A DNA stretch of 63,311 bases, the filler included, from Octopus bimaculoides (Eukaryota): NCBI RefSeq assembly GCF_001194135.2. It is 6 parts of 6 records of this genome, joined end to end, with 100 filler letters (N's around TTAATTAATTAA, not from the genome) between each part and the next. Parts side by side here need not be neighbours in the genome. Positions count along the whole stretch, not along the records: positions 61,239 to 63,311 come from NC_069002.1; 5 more parts are not named here. The stretch is one strand, 5' to 3'. Below the pieces are notes generated by a model. The model was not told the origin of the DNA, did no database searches, and was given only the letters and a program-made list of their open reading frames with translations. Both the position numbers and the translations under genes were made by a program. Within the stretch, counting starts at the first letter, position 1, and every line of letters starts with the position of its first letter. Shown one piece after another: positions 63,276 to 63,311 of this stretch.

Positions 63276-63311
63276 TAATTCGTTTTATTGGCCACAAGAG
63301 CCAATATCAAT

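Overview
Eukaryotic, AT-rich, repeat-dense genomic DNA with many assembly gaps. The SINE families and microsatellite load suggest a coleoid cephalopod such as Octopus (inference). Two host genes are supported. (1) Four minus-strand exons of a tandem-MAM-domain protein (20236-20330, 17762-17887, 9379-9741, 3518-3676) splice in phase into one open frame; the six-frame ORF track shows only parts of two of them. Its 5' exons were not found, and the gene continues left of 3518. (2) An intact, single-coding-exon, signal-peptide cyclophilin (PPIB/PPIC-like) lies at 61846-62532 on the plus strand. The rest is mostly decayed mobile DNA: Gypsy LTR elements (one with both LTRs and a TSD), Chapaev3-type, Tigger, mariner, Merlin and piggyBac DNA transposons, CR1, RTE and R4/Dong LINE pieces, tRNA-derived SINEs, and several foldback elements. 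The most notable non-coding signals are three type I hammerhead ribozyme candidates from two families (30494-30578, 44198-44241, 54315-54358), a 62-bp hairpin minisatellite amplified inside a SINE, and a palindromic MITE built from telomere-like repeats. No CRISPR, rRNA or functional tRNA gene is supported. All alignments were done by eye, so TE boundaries without a TSD are approximate.
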